Source: an uncultured virus (IMG/VR IMGVR_UViG_3300012352_000177)
Taxonomy: Duplodnaviria > Heunggongvirae > Uroviricota > Caudoviricetes > Crassvirales
Virus record (IMG/VR): IMGVR_UViG_3300012352_000177
Length of the DNA: 64,000 bases
Strand: one strand, 5' to 3'
Below the pieces are notes generated by a model. The model saw only the letters and a list, made by a program, of their open reading frames with translations. It did no database searches and had not been told where the DNA came from. A program made the translations under genes and the position numbers. Shown piece after piece: positions 35,896 to 45,119 of the stretch; the first letter of the stretch is position 1, and each line of letters opens with the position of its first letter.

Positions 35896-38800
35896 ATGGC
35901 AAACATAACAAGAAACTTTACTGCAGGCCGAATGAACAAGCTCGTTGACCAACGACTTGTGCCTAATGGTGAATATATAGATGCATTAAATGTAAGGATG
36001 GGATCTACTGAGCAATCAGAGATGGGTGTTATTGAAAACACAAAGGGTAACCTACCACTTACGAATATTATCTATACAGATGGTACACCACTAAGTGGCG
36101 ATGCAAGATGTATTGGTGCATTTGAGGATGGGTCTAAAGAGACAGTATATTGGTTTGTACATGACCCTAACTTCTCAGTAGGAGCTACAGGAAAGTTAGA
36201 CTTAATCATGTCTTTCAATACTTTAACAAACATACTAACGTATCACGTTATTAGTATTGATGATGGAGATGGTATATTAACAACTCTTAATTTCAATGAA
36301 AAGTACTTAATTACAGCAGTAAACAAGATAGATGACTTATTATTCTTCTCTGATGACTATAATCCTCCTAGATGGATTAATGTAAAAAAGAACTATGCTA
36401 ATCCATTTGCTGATGTAGATCAGTTCAGTGCTGAGTCATTATTGGTTGTCAAGAAGCCACCTATGGAGGCACCTACTCTTCAATTAACAAACACAGGCGG
36501 TCAACAAAACTTTCTTCAAGAAAACTTCATCTGCTTCGCATATCGTTATCGTTATGCAGACAGTCAGTACTCTGCAACATCTCAGTTTACCTTACCTGCA
36601 TTTATACCTAGTACTTTTCAGTTTGACTTAAGTAGCTTACTTAACAATGGTATGCAGAACTCAATGAATACTGCTATCATTACATATAACTCAGGTGGGC
36701 CACTTGTAGTTGGAGTAGACTTGTTATTCAAGGATGCAAGTAATAATATCATCAAAGTAATTGAGAAGTTAAATAAATCTGAGCTTGGATTATTAGACAA
36801 TACAGACTACACGTATGTATTTGACAATAGCAAGATATTTACAATACTACCTGATTACGAGATACTTAGGTTATATGACAACGTACCACGTCTTGCTAAG
36901 GCACAGACAATTATGGGTAATCGTTTGATGTATGGAAACTATCTTGAAGGTTATAATCTTATTGATAAATACGGTGTTCCTGTCAAATTAAATTATTCTA
37001 CTGAATTGATATCAGAGGATATAAATTTATCAGAGTTAACAAATACTACTATAAGTGGTAATTATAACATTGACGGAGCTACAAGTATCTCAAATTCGGT
37101 TCTTTCTTTTGATTTATCAGGACTTAATTTAGTAGCAGGTTCTATAATAACATTTGATTTATCATTTGAACATGATTCGTTTTCAGGAAGCACTCCATTT
37201 CCAACTGAACTAAACTCAGATTTAGAGGTTTCCTTTTCATTTATATTACCTACAGATTATTCATCTGTTTATGATTTAGCTACTAGTCCAATATTTCAAG
37301 AGGCTATTGGTACAATTACTAATATACAGCCAATTGCAAATGCTTGTAATGGTACGACTATGACTGATATATTTAATTGTGGTCTAAGTCAAAACCTTAA
37401 TACGTATATTAAATATAATAGCGGTATAAATGCTATTGGAGAACCTATACTAATTGGAACAAGTCCGAGTAGTAATAGTATAACTCTGCAATTTCCTGCC
37501 GCTGTTTATGTAAATAACATTACTACTCCTACGTATACAGTGTATGAATATCTTCAAGTAACTAATTCAAATGTTTATTTTCAACAATTATCAAACACTA
37601 AAAGTTTACATAGTAATAGAGGGTATGAAATTGGTATTGTGTACATGGATGATTTTAATCGTTCTACAACTGCATTAGTTAGTAAGAATAATACTGTTAA
37701 TGTACCATGTGGTAACGCTAAGTATAAGAACTATATACAGGTAACTATACCAAGTTCTCCTGTGCCTCAGATTGCTCCTGAATGGGCAACTAGATATAAG
37801 TTTGTTATCAAACCTGATCGAGAGGGATATGAGACTATTTACTCAACTTTATTCTTCGAAGACCCTAATTCAAACAATGTATATTTTTTACTTGAAGGAG
37901 AGAACGCAAGAAAGGTAGAGACAGGTACTAGATTAATAGTTAAGACTGATACTGAAGGTCCAACTGATAATTGTATTATTACAACAGTATTGGAAAAAGA
38001 GTCTCAACAAGCAGATTTTTTAACTATACCAAGCAGTATAGATCCTACTATTAACTTGTCTATTCCTTCAGGAGTATACATGAAAATTAATCCGACCAAC
38101 TTTAACGCTGTATTTGATGAGCAGTCAGTTATTTATTTCGGCACAACTCATACATCAGCTTTAAATGCAGGTGATTATGTATGGGGTGAGTATCCATTAA
38201 ATTATGCATCATCACCAACAGGCCCATTTATAGATTATACTGTACCTCAAGGTAGTAGAATAATGTTAACATTTAAATTTGAAAGAAAAGGCCCCGGTGA
38301 TGGTAATGGAAGTTGTGAAAGAAGGATATATACATTAGAAAAAACATTAGTATCCTCTGCTAATTACAATAACATGAAAGATTGGTGGGATGGAGATAAT
38401 GTTGAAGATATTTTAAATTTAGGTGTAGCTGAAGTAGGAGGTACAGGAAATTGTAATATTGGAAATCAATATAACTCTTCAATGCCAAGTGTTCCTACAG
38501 TTGTTCCTGATTTATGTAATAATCAATATCAAATATGTAGAGATACATCTAACAATAGATTATTTTTATATGTTACAGGTACGAGATCTTGTGGTAGTAC
38601 AGATGATAAAAAATCAACATTAAGTTTAGATATTAAGGTTTATAGAGCTGATACTACATTTATATTCGAGACTGAGCCATCTGAAGCAAATCCTGATATC
38701 TTCTTTGAAAGCGATCAATCATTTGCTATTGACTCTTTTGGTAATCACGATGGTAATGTATTAAACCAAAACCTAAGTTTAGGTACACCGGCTGTTATTA

Positions 38801-40512
38801 ATACAAGCTTCTTTAACTGTTACTCATTTGGTAATGGAGCTGAGAGCTATAAGATACTTGACTCTATTGTAGGTGATACCTTTGGTTTAGGTAACCGAGT
38901 TACATCTGTTGCTAATGAGGAGTATAAGGCAGCACGTAGATCATCTGACATTACATACAGCGGTGTATATAACAATGAGACAAACATAAACAAGCTAAAT
39001 GAGTTTAACTTAGGTCTACTTAACTTTAAGCCACTTCAGAACTCATTTGGGCCTATCTACATATTAGACGCTCGTCAGACTGACGTACTTACGTTACAAG
39101 AAGATAAGATATCTTATGTATTGGCAGGGAAGAACTTGTTGTCCGATGCTGCCGGTGGTGGAGCGGTTACGTCTGTACCTGAGGTATTGGGTACTCAGAT
39201 TGCACGTACTGAAAAGTATGGTATTAGCTTTAACCCTGAGAGTTATATTCAGTGGGGTTACAATAGATACTTTACAGACTCTAAACGTGGTGCTGTTATT
39301 GAACTGAAGGGAGCAAGCTCAGAGTCAGATCAATTAACTGTGATATCTGAGTTTGGTATGGGGACTTGGTTTAGAGACCTATTCAACGAAGACTTTAACA
39401 CTCAGAAGCTAGGTGCATATGATCCGTACTTAGATGAGTATGTACTAAGCTCTAACAATATCGAGATACCAACTGTAAGCAGTTGCTTATCATGTGGTAT
39501 TACTCAAGAGCTTAATATTGACTCGTTATTTAGATACTGTGTGAATGTTGGAGAGCTTGTTGGTGATGTAAACATTACATACAACGTAATGAGTATTGAG
39601 CCATCTGCTACCTTCCAAATAAATGCAGTGTATGATGGTAATACATTTACTACCGGTCCTATAGATACAAGTGGAACACTTGTAGTTGACAAGAATAGTA
39701 ACTCAGAGAATGAGATTGGAATGTCTATTATTACAAGCACTCCATTAGTAATAGAGATTACTGTAAACTGTCCAACTGCTAACGTATTGAGAATTGTTGA
39801 GGTTGTATTAACAGCTGCATCTGAGGTTGGTCAGACTATTCGTACTGAGTATAGATATACAGATGGTGCATTTGTTGGATCATTACAGTCTAACTTAGTA
39901 TTCTTCTCAGGAGGAACTAACCCTGTAGTGTCAAGATATAACACGGTTATAGGGCCACAAGGTTCAGCAAGTATACCAACAGACAATAGTACGATGAGGA
40001 TGATATCAAATGGAGGTGGTTTACTTACGTTCCAATTTGATCCAACATCTGATAGCTTTAAGTACTTAAGAACTAATACATTATATAACAACAACACTAC
40101 TGAGATAAACGCATTAGTTGCGGCATCAAGTACTGCAACTCCTATATTAGGTGGTGGTGATTATTATTATGCTGATTTTAATGTCGGAACATCTGATAAT
40201 TATCTATATTTGATATGGGATTTTAGAAACTCTGTTCCGGTTGACTTATGTTACTCAGCTACTGCAGATGGTATTACAACTATATGCTGTGAGTGTGATC
40301 CTTGTTCTGAACCATGTAAGACATGGGGATTCTCAAATGTAGGAGAGGGTATAGCTCAAGTTCAATATACAGACTGTAATGGTGTAGTTAGAACTATATC
40401 TATAAACGAACAGGAGAGTTCTACAGCTTGTGCTCTTTCATCTGTACTTCCTGAGGTAATATCCGGAACTTTATTAATAACGGTCGTCCAAGAATGTGGA
40501 TGTCCAAGCTAA
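35896..40512 (+). CDS. tail stabilisation (nozzle/muzzle-like) protein, main part with Cys-rich extension
   Basis: GRMNKLVDQRLVPNGEYIDALN, FAYRYRY, YGISFNPES and LGAYDPYLDEY. Confidence 0.75.
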   Translation: MANITRNFTAGRMNKLVDQRLVPNGEYIDALNVRMGSTEQSEMGVIENTKGNLPLTNIIYTDGTPLSGDARCIGAFEDGSKETVYWFVHDPNFSVGATGKLDLIMSFNTLTNILTYHVISIDDGDGILTTLNFNEKYLITAVNKIDDLLFFSDDYNPPRWINVKKNYANPFADVDQFSAESLLVVKKPPMEAPTLQLTNTGGQQNFLQENFICFAYRYRYADSQYSATSQFTLPAFIPSTFQFDLSSLLNNGMQNSMNTAIITYNSGGPLVVGVDLLFKDASNNIIKVIEKLNKSELGLLDNTDYTYVFDNSKIFTILPDYEILRLYDNVPRLAKAQTIMGNRLMYGNYLEGYNLIDKYGVPVKLNYSTELISEDINLSELTNTTISGNYNIDGATSISNSVLSFDLSGLNLVAGSIITFDLSFEHDSFSGSTPFPTELNSDLEVSFSFILPTDYSSVYDLATSPIFQEAIGTITNIQPIANACNGTTMTDIFNCGLSQNLNTYIKYNSGINAIGEPILIGTSPSSNSITLQFPAAVYVNNITTPTYTVYEYLQVTNSNVYFQQLSNTKSLHSNRGYEIGIVYMDDFNRSTTALVSKNNTVNVPCGNAKYKNYIQVTIPSSPVPQIAPEWATRYKFVIKPDREGYETIYSTLFFEDPNSNNVYFLLEGENARKVETGTRLIVKTDTEGPTDNCIITTVLEKESQQADFLTIPSSIDPTINLSIPSGVYMKINPTNFNAVFDEQSVIYFGTTHTSALNAGDYVWGEYPLNYASSPTGPFIDYTVPQGSRIMLTFKFERKGPGDGNGSCERRIYTLEKTLVSSANYNNMKDWWDGDNVEDILNLGVAEVGGTGNCNIGNQYNSSMPSVPTVVPDLCNNQYQICRDTSNNRLFLYVTGTRSCGSTDDKKSTLSLDIKVYRADTTFIFETEPSEANPDIFFESDQSFAIDSFGNHDGNVLNQNLSLGTPAVINTSFFNCYSFGNGAESYKILDSIVGDTFGLGNRVTSVANEEYKAARRSSDITYSGVYNNETNINKLNEFNLGLLNFKPLQNSFGPIYILDARQTDVLTLQEDKISYVLAGKNLLSDAAGGGAVTSVPEVLGTQIARTEKYGISFNPESYIQWGYNRYFTDSKRGAVIELKGASSESDQLTVISEFGMGTWFRDLFNEDFNTQKLGAYDPYLDEYVLSSNNIEIPTVSSCLSCGITQELNIDSLFRYCVNVGELVGDVNITYNVMSIEPSATFQINAVYDGNTFTTGPIDTSGTLVVDKNSNSENEIGMSIITSTPLVIEITVNCPTANVLRIVEVVLTAASEVGQTIRTEYRYTDGAFVGSLQSNLVFFSGGTNPVVSRYNTVIGPQGSASIPTDNSTMRMISNGGGLLTFQFDPTSDSFKYLRTNTLYNNNTTEINALVAASSTATPILGGGDYYYADFNVGTSDNYLYLIWDFRNSVPVDLCYSATADGITTICCECDPCSEPCKTWGFSNVGEGIAQVQYTDCNGVVRTISINEQESSTACALSSVLPEVISGTLLITVVQECGCPS

Positions 40513-40522
40513 ATAATTTAAT

Positions 40523-41833
40523 ATGACTTATTACTTAGATGCTCCATCATTAGGATCCGCAACAGCGGTATACTTAGACGCTGCATTAACTACTTGTGCG
40601 CCTGATGGTTTCTACTCAGACGCACAGATTGTACGTGAGCTTGTCGGTTGTCAATTGCAACCTCAGCAGCTATGTACATCTTGTGGTTCAGGATGTGACA
40701 GTACTTACAATAACTTAGATACAGGAATTGGAGTATATAAATTAACAATAGACTTAGGAAATGATCCAACAAGTATTGGAGCTGTAGTAGTTAAGTTTGA
40801 TCCATTAAACTTTCCAAAAGGAATTGAGGCTGAGTACGATGGTGTTGTATACAACGCAGTAAGCTCACCAATATACGGATTCCTTCAAGGAGCTTTAGGT
40901 CTTCCTACATATATAGGAGACTTAGATGATGACTGTGGTATAACTACAGGATTCCATACACTTCCTAACCTTACATACAATCCAACAACTCTTGTGTATG
41001 ATCCTATCGGGACAACTCAGATTGTTAATGTATTCCCTACTCAGGTAGAGACCACTATTAATAACCCGGATGAGTGTGTGTTCGTTATACCAAAGACATC
41101 TATTAATCCGTCATCATTGACGTTAACAGTATTTGCGCCATGCTCAGCTGCGTTCAACTTATCTGTTACCTGTCCAACTGTCCTTCCAATATTCTACGGA
41201 GGTCAAGCGTCTGCAAGACCGGACTTGGCTTGTGAGTTTCAAGATACCATTACGTACTATAGCGCACCTGTAAATGGTACGGGCGCATTACTTGGTCTGT
41301 TCGATTGGGTGTTCTTAGATGTAAATGGAGAGTTTCATGCACAGGATGGATACTACTATGCACCAACAGCTTTGAGTCCACCATACGAGTGGTTTAGATT
41401 AGAGAATGGTGTTATCGTTGAATTTGGTCAGTGTGGCTATAATAACTTTGTTATTGAGCGTTGTGCTGATGGAATTCAGTTAGTTGCTGACTCATCTATC
41501 ACAGGTGTAAACGTAGGCGACTTCGTATCTATAAGCGATCCATTCTACGGAGGATGTGTGTTCCAAGTTATGTCATACACGTCTGTAACCAATACAGTAA
41601 CGATTGACACAGAGGTTGCTATCTCAAGCTGTGAAGAGGTTTGTGTTAGCTATAAAGTAGATAACTTTACAACAGATCCTTACACTGTAGACTATACAGA
41701 TTGTGCAGGAGCACCTCAGACAACAACAGTACCTGCTTCAGATATAATATATGTTTGTGCAAGAATAAACTCTGTAGTAGTTGACGGTTCACCTGCAGGA
41801 GTGGTAGTATCATTAGAATCATGCACTTGTTAA
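40523..41833 (+). CDS. Cys-rich virion protein
   Basis: APDGFYSD and DGYY motifs; C-terminal YTDC domain similar to the end of the upstream ORF. Confidence 0.7.
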   Translation: MTYYLDAPSLGSATAVYLDAALTTCAPDGFYSDAQIVRELVGCQLQPQQLCTSCGSGCDSTYNNLDTGIGVYKLTIDLGNDPTSIGAVVVKFDPLNFPKGIEAEYDGVVYNAVSSPIYGFLQGALGLPTYIGDLDDDCGITTGFHTLPNLTYNPTTLVYDPIGTTQIVNVFPTQVETTINNPDECVFVIPKTSINPSSLTLTVFAPCSAAFNLSVTCPTVLPIFYGGQASARPDLACEFQDTITYYSAPVNGTGALLGLFDWVFLDVNGEFHAQDGYYYAPTALSPPYEWFRLENGVIVEFGQCGYNNFVIERCADGIQLVADSSITGVNVGDFVSISDPFYGGCVFQVMSYTSVTNTVTIDTEVAISSCEEVCVSYKVDNFTTDPYTVDYTDCAGAPQTTTVPASDIIYVCARINSVVVDGSPAGVVVSLESCTC

Positions 41834-41844
41834 AAAATAAATAA

Positions 41845-42642
41845 ATGGCAGAGTATACATTATCATATAGCGAAAGGGTACAGGGGTGGACATCGTTCTA
41901 CTCCTTTATCCCTGATTGGATGATTGGGATGAACAATTATTTCTATACGTTCAAGGGTGGTAACCTATACCGTCATAACGTAAATAGTGTTAGGAATAAC
42001 TTCTATGGTAATCAGTATAGCTCAACTATACAGACTGTATTTAACGATGTTCCATTACAGAACAAGTTATTTAAGACATTAAACATAGAGGGTGATGACG
42101 CTTGGGAAGCAACTATGGAGACTGACATTCAGACTACAGGGTTCATCGAGTACCCATGGTTTGAGAAGAAGGAGGGGTCTTGGTTCGCATTTGTCCGTAA
42201 CTCAGGAACAGTTCCTGCACTTACAGATGAGTACGCATTGCGTTCACTTAATGGTGTAGGACGAAGCGCATCAATTACGGGTCCTGCAGGTGCATTAGTG
42301 ATTAACTTCTCAATTGCACCATTGGTTGCCATTGGAAGTATTGCAAGTATTGGTGACTACCTTTACTATGCACTACCACCATATACCACTCCTGTGCTAT
42401 GCGGTGAGATTACAGACATCATTCAAGACTATCCGGCAGGTGATAACTACTTTGTAGTAGATACCACTGCAGGTGGGGCTATTCCGCCTATACAAGATCC
42501 GTACTTCCTATACATTAAAAACTCAGTTGCTGAGTCGCATGGTGTATTAGGACACTACTGTGTTGTTGACATAGAGAATACCAATACGTCAAAAGTTGAA
42601 CTTTTTGCTATTGAGTCTGAGGTAATGAAGAGTTATCCTTAA
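41845..42642 (+). CDS. C-terminal module of the stabilisation protein as a separate gene
   Basis: TLSYSERVQGWTSFYSFIP, KLFKTL, FEKKEG and VELFAI. Confidence 0.65.
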   Translation: MAEYTLSYSERVQGWTSFYSFIPDWMIGMNNYFYTFKGGNLYRHNVNSVRNNFYGNQYSSTIQTVFNDVPLQNKLFKTLNIEGDDAWEATMETDIQTTGFIEYPWFEKKEGSWFAFVRNSGTVPALTDEYALRSLNGVGRSASITGPAGALVINFSIAPLVAIGSIASIGDYLYYALPPYTTPVLCGEITDIIQDYPAGDNYFVVDTTAGGAIPPIQDPYFLYIKNSVAESHGVLGHYCVVDIENTNTSKVELFAIESEVMKSYP

Positions 42643-42675
42643 TTTTTAATATCTTTGTAGTTAAAGAATAATATT

Positions 42676-43572
42676 ATGATTGGAGCAGTATTAGCAGGAT
42701 TTGAATTAGCATCAGCAGCCGCAGGGACTGTTATGTCATTTGGTCAGGCAGCACAACAAAAGAAGCTTTATGAACAAGCTCAAGCTGACGCAGCAAAGTC
42801 AATGGTTGAAGCAAAGAAGGCCTTAAGTGTAAACTATTACGAAGGTCTATCTATTCCTACTCAGGCTTATAAGATGGAAAGTGATATCTTAAAGGCGGCA
42901 TCAGCACAAGCTATTGAGGCAGGTAGAGAGGGTGATCAGAGAGGAGTGGCTGCAACAGCAGGTCGTGTACAAGCAGCTGTTAATGAGGGCGCAAGAGACA
43001 TTCGATCTGATATGTCTAAAGAGCTATATGACCTAGATAAGTTAACTCAAACAGAAAATAAAAATATTGCAACAAACTTAGCTGAACTAAGCTTAGCTGA
43101 GGCAGAGGGTGCGCAGTTAGCGGCAAGGGATGCCAAACAAGCGCAGGCTGCTTCTATTAAACAAGGATTTGCAGGATTGGCTGACCTTGCAGGTAAGGCT
43201 TCAGCTATGGCACCTCTTTATGAGAAGAGTCCGCAAGCAAAGTTCTTAGGGGGTGTAACAAGTGACTATGAGAAGGTTATGAAGTCAGGAGAAGTCGGTG
43301 GAGATTTCTTGAATCCTGATAGTACAATTATGAATGCTCAGCAGGCAACTGCAAAGGCATTAGGTTTTGGTCCTGAGATAGGAAACTTAAGTGAGAATGA
43401 ATTCAAGGACTATATTGGAAAGTTACCTGTAGAAAAGCTTCAGGCTTTATATTACAACAAGTCATTTACAGATAACTTAAGCCCTTATCAACGTACACTT
43501 AATAATAACCTACAATACTTAACAAACGAACCATTTGATCTTCCGGTTAATTCAGTTACAGTAACTAAATAA
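42676..43572 (+). CDS. internal virion/ejection protein
   Basis: Ala/Gly/Gln-rich helical; TATCTTTG at 42650-42657. Confidence 0.65.
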   Translation: MIGAVLAGFELASAAAGTVMSFGQAAQQKKLYEQAQADAAKSMVEAKKALSVNYYEGLSIPTQAYKMESDILKAASAQAIEAGREGDQRGVAATAGRVQAAVNEGARDIRSDMSKELYDLDKLTQTENKNIATNLAELSLAEAEGAQLAARDAKQAQAASIKQGFAGLADLAGKASAMAPLYEKSPQAKFLGGVTSDYEKVMKSGEVGGDFLNPDSTIMNAQQATAKALGFGPEIGNLSENEFKDYIGKLPVEKLQALYYNKSFTDNLSPYQRTLNNNLQYLTNEPFDLPVNSVTVTK

Positions 43573-43578
43573 TAATAA

Positions 43579-45108
43579 ATGGCAACATATTATAAATATG
43601 CTGAGCAGGAAGCTGACAGTCAAATAAATTGGGCGGAGATAGGTAAGAACCTATCTGATACACTTCAAGAAGCTAATAAGATACGAGAGGATAAAAAAGA
43701 TGCACTTGATGCCTCTACTCGTGAGTTCTCAAAGACATTAGCCAATTCACCTCAAGGGGAGAATGGTCTTGCTAACCAACGTACATTAGAGTTTGCAAAC
43801 AATGCAACTGAGATGATGTTGATGCAAGAGCAACTTTTTAAGTCAGGTCAATTAAAGTTTAAGGACTACGCAACTGTAAGACAGAACTTAGTTGATAGCA
43901 CGGAACAAGCATTTGGTTTAGCTCAAGAATACCAAGAGGAGTACAAGAAGAAGATGGAAAGATTAGAGTCGGGTGTATCATCAGGCTTAGAGCAGTGGGA
44001 AATGGAACAGCTTGAGGGTTATGCAAACTTGAGTGGAATGAACTTTTATATTGATCCTACTACAGGTAATGTAAGTATGGGTAAGGTATTAAAGAAGACC
44101 ATTAACGGAAAGACAGTAGATGTCATGGATGACAATCCAAATAACTATGTAACAGTTAATACAGCTCGCAATCGATTAAAATCATACCACGATAAGTTTA
44201 AGGTAGAAGAATCTCTTCAAGAGGCTGCAAGTATGTTAGGCACAAATATTGAGTCTATTAGAAAAGCAGGCGGTCTATTTAAAGCAGGTGAGATTGTTAC
44301 AACATCTGACCCAACTAAAAAGAAAGACGTAGACGGAGCTATAAATCTTTACATGGAGGCAGAGAAGAATTTTATTTCATCTCGTCTATCTAATGATTAT
44401 AACGTTCAGTCTGTATTATATGATCATGAGAAGTATGATCCTGTTACGGGTGAAGCTTATAGGTATTCATTTGATCCTAAGGACCAAGCAAGTAATGTCA
44501 TCTTGATGAAGACTGAAAACGGTCGAACTGTAGTTGATCGAGAAGGTAAATTCTTTAAAGATCAATACGCTGTTGCAGAGAAGTATATGCAACAACAGTT
44601 ACGCATTATGGTTGACCGTGAGGTTAAAATAGATACATATAGCGAACCTGCTAACTTTGCACCTAACTATGGTGGTGGCGGTGGAGATGATTTCACTACA
44701 CAGAAAAAAGAGGCGGCTAATATGTTGGGTTATTTCTACTATGGAACACCTTCACAGATTCAAGCAGCAACAAGTTACTTTAAGGGAGTAGATCCATCAA
44801 TCGTAGGCATTAATCGTGCTAATGATAGGATTATTATTGAGAGAAAGAATGCTGATGGAGAGACAAGCTATAAAAGTATCTATATGCAGCAAGGAAGTAA
44901 TAGATTATCTCAAAAAGAATTTATTCAAGCTGCATCACCTGAATTAGCAAAGATAAATGACATCTTTACAGGACTTGCTCAAGGAAGTTATGCTGAAGGT
45001 AAACCTTTAAGTATTTACCAAGATAACCAAGGAAAGGGTACAATAATTAAAAACAGAACCGTAACAGGTGATGAGAACACTAATAAAGTAAACGCAGCAC
45101 AATATTAA
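43579..45108 (+). CDS. internal virion/ejection protein
   Basis: helical, 509 aa, between two other cargo-like genes. Confidence 0.6.
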   Translation: MATYYKYAEQEADSQINWAEIGKNLSDTLQEANKIREDKKDALDASTREFSKTLANSPQGENGLANQRTLEFANNATEMMLMQEQLFKSGQLKFKDYATVRQNLVDSTEQAFGLAQEYQEEYKKKMERLESGVSSGLEQWEMEQLEGYANLSGMNFYIDPTTGNVSMGKVLKKTINGKTVDVMDDNPNNYVTVNTARNRLKSYHDKFKVEESLQEAASMLGTNIESIRKAGGLFKAGEIVTTSDPTKKKDVDGAINLYMEAEKNFISSRLSNDYNVQSVLYDHEKYDPVTGEAYRYSFDPKDQASNVILMKTENGRTVVDREGKFFKDQYAVAEKYMQQQLRIMVDREVKIDTYSEPANFAPNYGGGGGDDFTTQKKEAANMLGYFYYGTPSQIQAATSYFKGVDPSIVGINRANDRIIIERKNADGETSYKSIYMQQGSNRLSQKEFIQAASPELAKINDIFTGLAQGSYAEGKPLSIYQDNQGKGTIIKNRTVTGDENTNKVNAAQY

Positions 45109-45119
45109 TTAATTGTAAT

